From positions 55,944 through 119,943 of the IMG/VR virus record IMGVR_UViG_3300045988_054096: DNA of 64,000 nt. One strand, 5' to 3'. Below are positions 58,867 to 64,000 of the stretch, piece after piece (the stretch's first letter is position 1; each line of letters begins with the position of its first letter). This DNA comes from a virus. The notes under the pieces were generated by a model that saw only the letters and a list, made by a program, of their open reading frames with translations, was not told the DNA's origin and made no database searches. Made by a program: the position numbers and the translations under genes.

Positions 58867-59118
58867 TCACCTACACAAATCTATATCATTGTCTGCTCCA
58901 TTTCGAACATACAACTTATAGATTTCTCGGTCTAACTCCTTTAAGGAATCAATCCGAATTTGAGCCCAAGTATTCCAAGGATCATCGCATAACATCTCAG
59001 TATACCAATCAATCTGGTTACTAATAGATATTAACAACGACTCAATGGTTGTACAATTGAACTCTATGAAAAGGCTTTCAAGATTTTTCATATCTGTGAA
59101 ATTTAAAGGGTGAAACAA
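58867..59118 (-). CDS. hypothetical protein
   Basis: 83 aa ORF. Confidence 0.3.
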   Translation of the reverse strand: MFHPLNFTDMKNLESLFIEFNCTTIESLLISISNQIDWYTEMLCDDPWNTWAQIRIDSLKELDREIYKLYVRNGADNDIDLCR

Positions 59119-59436
59119 TTAATAAACATATTTCCCTACCTTTTTATAAAATTGGTAGTTAACCTATACACTACCAGGTTCCTAACACTTACACTTTGAT
59201 ACCCTTGTTAGGGTATTTCGTATCAATTTTCAGATGCTCGTCAGAAAGTTTTTAGTGCTAAAATATTTTTGTACTCTCTAATTTATGTTTGTAACATATT
59301 TTTGTTTGATACTATTATCTCACAAATTCTGAGTGAAAATTATTTTTGTTCAATTTTCAATGAAAAGTGGGTGTGATTTGTAGAGAGAAAGCCATTTGAT
59401 GCATGGTTTTCACCATCGCAGCTCACTCACATCACA

Positions 59437-59700
59437 TCAATTGAACATCATGTATACAACCACACAAATTGCTACAACACAAAGTATAAAGAATATAGTC
59501 TGTTCTTTCTCTGTAGGCTCGTCCATGATCTAAACTATTAAAACTTTAAGTATCTTCCACCAATCTCCTATACATTTCAACATCCAATATCCTATTATAC
59601 CTTTTGGATAAAAAGTATCAGGATAAATGGATTGGAGACTCCCATCCTCATTGCGAATCAGAGAGTCCCCAACCTTAGTTCCACGAATGCACTTTATCAT
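59437..59700 (-). CDS. small membrane protein, TAG-recoded (1 in-frame TAG), start overlaps upstream stop (ATGA)
   Basis: MIKCIRGTKVGDSLIRNEDGSLQSIYPDTFYPKGIIGYWMLKCIGDWWKILKVLIV*IMDEPTEKEQTIFFILCVVAICVVVYMMFN, TGA stop; C-terminal TM. Confidence 0.35.
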
Positions 59701-60170
59701 GCAGCAGCTACTACAATGTCAATTGTAGGAATCTGCGTATTCATGAGACTAGTAGTGCCAAAGCGAAGAGTACGAATAGTTTCCATGTTCGTTACCTTCA
59801 CTGTCTTACCGGCCAGTGCACGCATAGCTTCCTCAACAGTACCATGCTTACGATACTCTTCAGCTGCAGTACCAAGAGTAAACTTACGTTCACCTGTACT
59901 TGTACCGTCCTCGTTGTACACAGTACGAGACTTAGTAAACGTGGAAGGATAGAACCTCTTCGCATTGCCGTCAGCCAGAGTTACCCAGATATACTGAGCA
60001 GTATTATCACCAATTTTCTGCTCATATACTTCGAACTCCGTTGGGAATGTAAACTGATCACCAACTTCCAGTGCTACGTTTTCCAAACTACGTACACCAC
60101 CCTTAAAACCAGTGACTTTCTTGTCACCATTTGCGAGAGCTCTTGCTTTCTCGACTTCTAACTTTGCCAT
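59697..60170 (-). CDS. hypothetical protein
   Basis: 157 aa ORF. Confidence 0.3.
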   Translation of the reverse strand: MAKLEVEKARALANGDKKVTGFKGGVRSLENVALEVGDQFTFPTEFEVYEQKIGDNTAQYIWVTLADGNAKRFYPSTFTKSRTVYNEDGTSTGERKFTLGTAAEEYRKHGTVEEAMRALAGKTVKVTNMETIRTLRFGTTSLMNTQIPTIDIVVAAA

Positions 60171-60323
60171 AATACAAAAGTTTTAAATGATTAATAAATA
60201 AAGTTATATTCTCTTTTTAAGTGTGAGAAATATGATTTCACTTTTAAATGAAAAAAGAAAATTTTTGAAGCGAAGTCTATACGCTAAGTTAATGTCGCCG
60301 TCTATACACTTGGCTAGGTTATA

Positions 60324-60340
60324 AGAGTGTAAGTATATTT
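60324..60340. repeat. direct repeat TATATTTGGCTAGGTT (copy 1; related copy at 60297-60312)
   Basis: identical 16-17 nt copy at 61424-61440; the pair brackets the GC-rich ORF 60719..61174. Confidence 0.6.
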
Positions 60341-60372
60341 GGCTAGGTTGTTTATCAGATAAAATTAGTTAT

Positions 60373-60648
60373 TTAGATAATAGTAGAGAAAAGCTAAGGA
60401 AAAGAAAAGGGCAAATCCCACTAATGTGAGAAATGCCCTTTATTCTATCGTTTGAGTTTCAGTTGCTGAAATCTTGCTCTGGCTTTTCTTCCATTATCAT
60501 ATCTTTCAATGATAATAGAAACTGGGGAAGAAATTTCTATTGTATAGGAGAATGCGAATTGTCCAAGAATAGTTATTCTTCTTCCGTATTTGTCGATGAA
60601 TTGTCCACGAATCTGACCAGTGCAATTTGCTTGATTGTAAGTTTTCAT
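60373..60648 (-). CDS. hypothetical protein; track ORF ends at TAG and may continue through 3 TAG codons to TAA at 60373-60375
   Basis: ...QQLKLKR*NKGHFSH*WDLPFSFP*LFSTII then TAA. Confidence 0.25.
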
Positions 60649-60718
60649 AATGTGTAAATGTTAGGAGTGAATGAATAAAAGAGCAGTTTAACGACTTGCT
60701 TAGGTCGGTGGAATTAGA

Positions 60719-61174
60719 TTATTCCATGAAGTTCAGTTCCACAAGGAAGCTGGCAACAGTCCGACCGTCTTTGGTCAGCGATGCGTAAGGCACGCGATTG
60801 ACGACGACCTTCTTGTCCTTGCAGCCATCCACAATGGCTTGCAGGATTTCCCCATTGGTGTTGTGTGCAGCAATCTGCTCACGACAGAACTTGTTGAAAG
60901 TTCCGTCAGGAGTAACTACCGTACCGTCTGCCTTAACACGGCTGCGAAGCACAGTGCTAAGGAACAGACTGCCCACACTAGTGGTCAGCACAGGATTGAG
61001 GTAGGCATCTTTCGACACCTTGCCGTCCATCTCGGCTTTCTCGTAAGAGAAGCCCGAAACGGTGAATTGCACATTGTGCTGGAATGGAGAGTTGCCCCGC
61101 TTGATGCTTGTAGAAGCGTTAGCGGTTTGAACTTCGTTTGCCTCGGCTGTCTGGAAACCAGTAAGTCTTGCCAT
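60719..61174 (-). CDS. hypothetical protein encoded in a GC-rich (about 50 percent) island
   Basis: 151 aa ORF; local composition sharply different from the ~33 percent GC of the rest of the window; no TAG. Confidence 0.35.
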   Translation of the reverse strand: MARLTGFQTAEANEVQTANASTSIKRGNSPFQHNVQFTVSGFSYEKAEMDGKVSKDAYLNPVLTTSVGSLFLSTVLRSRVKADGTVVTPDGTFNKFCREQIAAHNTNGEILQAIVDGCKDKKVVVNRVPYASLTKDGRTVASFLVELNFME

Positions 61175-61423
61175 AATGTAAAGTGTTAGGTCTGTGGTTG
61201 CAGTTAGTGAACCACCAAGTTTAGCCCATTTGCTTTGAAACAGGCAAAGTCGTGCAGTAGCTTAACGTCCGACTGCAAACGGGACGCTACTCGAAGCCGC
61301 TGACGACGAGGACGAGCTGACAGTGCTCGATTCGATATATGTATATATATCTATATAATTATAGTTGTATATATAGGATAGGTTTTATATTTATAGTGTC
61401 ATAAAATTTTCGAAGAAAATTTT

Positions 61424-61440
61424 TATATTTGGCTAGGTTA
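61424..61440. repeat. direct repeat TATATTTGGCTAGGTTA (copy 2)
   Basis: matches 60324-60340 and 60297-60312; adjacent AT-rich TATATA low-complexity stretch 61318-61400. Confidence 0.6.
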
Positions 61441-61666
61441 TAATCATTTTCATTTTCCATTTGAGACCCCGGAGGGGGTGAAAATGGTAGTGTACTCCCC
61501 CGTATATAACATTCTAAAAATTTTATTTATAGAATATTATTCAGCCAATATATAATCTCTACCTTACTGTATATAGAGAATCCTATCTTAAATTCGGAGA
61601 CAAATAATACATTTCATCCGGAGTCATATTATTATCATACATTTCTTTTACCAATGGAATAATTCT

Positions 61667-62002
61667 CTAACGAATTTCGTTTTTATTAGTAAAGTATTGG
61701 TAATCCAATTCACTTTCCAAACCCATAGGGGAGGGGGATTTTAATATCTTATCATTTAAATATTCTACTACATGGAACTCACTTTGATTATATTGTCTAT
61801 GTCCGAACTCGTGCATAATAACATTCTCTATGTGAGAATCGTTTGATTGTTCTCTATTCATATTAATGTTAAGAGCTATGGTTTCTCTCTTAGATATTCC
61901 TTTCTTACTAGTTACATCATCAAACAACTTAAATACATTATCATCTTTAATAGATGTAGTAGCTCCAAGTATTCTGTCTAATTCTATTGGATCATATTCC
62001 AA
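61667..62002 (-). CDS. HEXXH zinc-metallopeptidase-like protein (ImmA/IrrE-like?); apparent TTG start, possibly fused by frameshift with upstream ORF 62003..62158
   Basis: 111 aa with HEFGH motif; upstream 50-codon ORF ends TGA overlapping. Confidence 0.35.
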   Translation of the reverse strand: MEYDPIELDRILGATTSIKDDNVFKLFDDVTSKKGISKRETIALNINMNREQSNDSHIENVIMHEFGHRQYNQSEFHVVEYLNDKILKSPSPMGLESELDYQYFTNKNEIR

Positions 62003-62157
62003 TCCTTCTTCTTCTAAATCTATTTACCCAGAAATCACTATAATAGAATCGTTCTACACTTTCTAGAACTTCATCTAGTCTGCCTCCTAAGTAGCTAGAT
62101 ACCTCCTTATAAGTATCAATACATTGTGGTCTTGAAATAAGTTTATTTAGTTCCATA

Positions 62158-62194
62158 ACAAAAAAAAATGCTAGCCAATAATCTGACTAGCATT
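62158..62194 (-). terminator. rho-independent terminator
   Basis: hairpin ATGCTAGTCAGATTATTGGCTAGCAT followed by T9 on minus strand (plus-strand A-run 62159-62168); downstream of the suppressor tRNA. Confidence 0.5.
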
Positions 62195-62400
62195 TGCTCT
62201 CTAATTTTAATACGCATCAGTACTTAACCGATAGTTCATTTATCTTATCTAACCAATCTAGTACAAATTGCTCATTTTGCAGTTTAGCTTTTTCAATTTG
62301 ACTCATCAATTCCTCTAACATTCCAATAGACAGTTGGCACATATTCCAAAGTCTATTCTTTTCATTTGCATAAATCATAATGTCATAAAAGTATAAGTTA

Positions 62401-62470
62401 GTCCTCCCCCAAGGATTCGAACCCTGACCAAGTGGGTTAGAGCCACCTGTGCTACCATTACACCAGAGGA
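62401..62470 (-). tRNA. amber suppressor tRNA (anticodon CUA), Gln-like body
   Basis: TCCTCTGGTGTAATGGTAGCACAGGTGG CTCTAAC CCACTTGGTCAGGGTTCGAATCCTTGGGGGAGGA-C; perfect anticodon stem, loop C-U-CUA-A-C; D-arm GGTGTAATGGTAGCAC shared with tRNA-Gln(UUG) at 51134-51205. Confidence 0.65.
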
Positions 62471-62506
62471 GAATAAGGTTGCAGGAATTTCACCTGCAAA
62501 GTATTA

Positions 62507-62947
62507 TTAGAATCTGTTATAGACATCAACCAATTCATTGATTTTATCTTTAAGATGATCACAAATTATTTGTGAAGATTGGCCAATCATTTCACTAACT
62601 TCAGCAGCTTCTTCTTCAGTAAAAGTATCCTGATTTAGAAGTTCATCAAATCTTTGTATATCAAAGTACTGATCCATTTCTTCAGCAGCTTCAACGAATA
62701 AGCAATCATCAAGCTCTTCAATACGTTCTTTATATTCTTTGATAATCTCCTTTATGCAGGAATCATCAAATCCTTCAACAGCATCTTCATTGTCAGAAGT
62801 TATACTAATGTTAATAACTCCATCTTTCTTGTTTAGAGCAATTTTAGTGCCATTCACTTCTAAACTCTCTTCAGCCCCATCTGGAATTGCTACATTAAAT
62901 ATATTGATGAGGTCAAATAATGCTTTAACTTCTTGTAGATTTTTCAT
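62507..62947 (-). CDS. hypothetical acidic protein
   Basis: 146 aa ORF. Confidence 0.3.
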   Translation of the reverse strand: MKNLQEVKALFDLINIFNVAIPDGAEESLEVNGTKIALNKKDGVINISITSDNEDAVEGFDDSCIKEIIKEYKERIEELDDCLFVEAAEEMDQYFDIQRFDELLNQDTFTEEEAAEVSEMIGQSSQIICDHLKDKINELVDVYNRF

Positions 62948-63109
62948 GTTGTTTTATTTTACACTGCAAATATATACAGTATTTCAGTAAGTAAAAAGTT
63001 AATTATTGTTATTTCTTATTATCTTTTGTTTCACTACTGCAAGTATAGTAACTAAATCTAGAATATAAAAGTGAATTTATCTTAAAAGATATTAATCTTA
63101 CTCTCGTTC

Positions 63110-63310
63110 TTATAATTGATATTCTCTTAGATTATTATAGGAGATTTCTACACCTCTATCTATATAGAATCTTACATCTCCATCTTTAGAAAGATGTCTA
63201 TCACATTCTTCCTCAGAAGGGAAATGATCAAGTTCAAATCTAATAGTTTTTAAAGGTCTAGAATGTTTACCTTTAGTCCAAATCCATACGTCAATCATAA
63301 AATTTCTCAT
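63110..63310 (-). CDS. hypothetical protein
   Basis: 66 aa ORF. Confidence 0.25.
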   Translation of the reverse strand: MRNFMIDVWIWTKGKHSRPLKTIRFELDHFPSEEECDRHLSKDGDVRFYIDRGVEISYNNLREYQL

Positions 63311-63340
63311 AGTAATTAAGTTTTAAAAATCGTTAGTTAT

Positions 63341-64000
63341 AAGTTTATCTACAAATCTATAGTATACCTCCATTCTTTAAAGTGAATCCCTATGCTGTCC
63401 ATTCAGGAACAGTCTACATATTAAAATCTATCATCTTTGGTCTTCTTAGCCAGTCTAGACCAACATTACCAGGAGCTACATCGTCTACAACTACTTGTCC
63501 ATTTGTGTAAGCTCTATACTATACATTTGGGTCGTTAACTCTTCTAAATCCAGACCTCTCCATAGCTCTATCTAATTTACTAGCGTACTTTGGAAATGTC
63601 TATTCAGTTAAGATTCTTAGTTTTCTCTAAACATAAGTAGGTAATTTGGTTCCTCTGTCTTTTACATATCCTATATACTTACTCGGAACTGTGTTAGGTA
63701 TCTAGTTCCTAGCAGCCATTTCTTCTACTGGAATTGAAGTCATTTTACCAACAGTAGTTGGAGTATTATCAACAACTACAGCTTCTGCACCTCCGCCTAT
63801 AGGATTCTTAGAATACTATTTAAGAGTTCCTAAAGCTCCATTCTTAGAAGGAGCTCTGAATACTCCTTTAGTAAGTCTATTATAGAGCTATGCAGACTTT
63901 CTTCCAGCTGTACCGACTGCTCCTGCTATTCCCGCACCTGCCACATTACTAGCATAATCAAAATTAGATTGTATAGCAGCCTAACCTTCTGGAGTTGTAT
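63341..64000 (-). CDS. Gly/Ala-rich structural-like protein (tail fibre/virion protein candidate), heavily TAG-recoded, 5' part beyond window end
   Basis: one minus-strand frame reads ...NVAGAGIAGAVGTAGRKSA*LYNRLTKGVFRAPSKNGALGTLK*YSKNPIGGGAEAVVVDNTPTTVGKMTSIPVEEMAARN*IPNTVPSKYIGYVKDRGTKLPTYV*RKL...GGIL*ICR then TAA; 10 in-frame TAG, no TAA/TGA. Confidence 0.5.

Overview
Roughly 34 % GC, gene-dense DNA, almost all on the minus strand. It reads as a segment of a large tailed phage, probably infecting a Bacteroidota host; that host assignment is an inference.

The first ~25 kb are early and replication genes: class II ribonucleotide reductase, dUTPase, deoxyribonucleotidase, primase, DnaB-like and SF2 helicases, a RecA-like ATPase, RNase H, HNH homing endonucleases, a metallophosphoesterase, and an unexpected acyl carrier protein plus ketoacyl-ACP synthase pair.

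The remainder is an accessory region with about 30 tRNA genes, including an initiator tRNA and a tRNA-Gln(UUG), and other non-coding RNAs. The observations worth a second look:

- **Amber recoding.** Several coherent genes contain many in-frame TAG codons: two zinc-ribbon + DUF559-like homing endonucleases, a Dps/ferritin-like protein, a glycine-rich structural gene and small membrane proteins. Every replication gene is TAG-free. An amber suppressor tRNA (anticodon CUA, Gln-like D-arm) lies at 62401-62470, so the pattern fits TAG→Gln reassignment in a late-gene subset.
- **tmRNA.** A gene at 40666-41152 has a tag reading frame ANYNEVRMAA ending in TAA.
- **Ro60/Rsr plus Y-RNA-like RNAs.** 44908-46650 encodes a TROVE + vWA protein. 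Three permuted tRNA-like modules elsewhere (3' T-arm and acceptor strand, loop, 5' acceptor and D-arm, with the termini paired into a bulged stem) match the YrlA-type Y RNA architecture.
- **Glutamine-dependent ligation cluster.** Amidoligase, class II glutamine amidotransferase, a second amidoligase-like protein, and a disrupted gamma-glutamyl hydrolase (34653-38367).
- **Conserved intergenic motif.** About 26 nt, typically 30-65 nt upstream of tRNA and ncRNA 5' ends.
- **Other elements.** A flotillin/NfeD pair, a secreted glucosaminidase (endolysin candidate), a GC-rich foreign-looking island flanked by direct repeats, and several rho-independent terminators.

Four gene pairs look split by frameshifts, and one in-frame TAA sits in a conserved motif. 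All coordinates are hand-derived and may be off by 1-3 nt.
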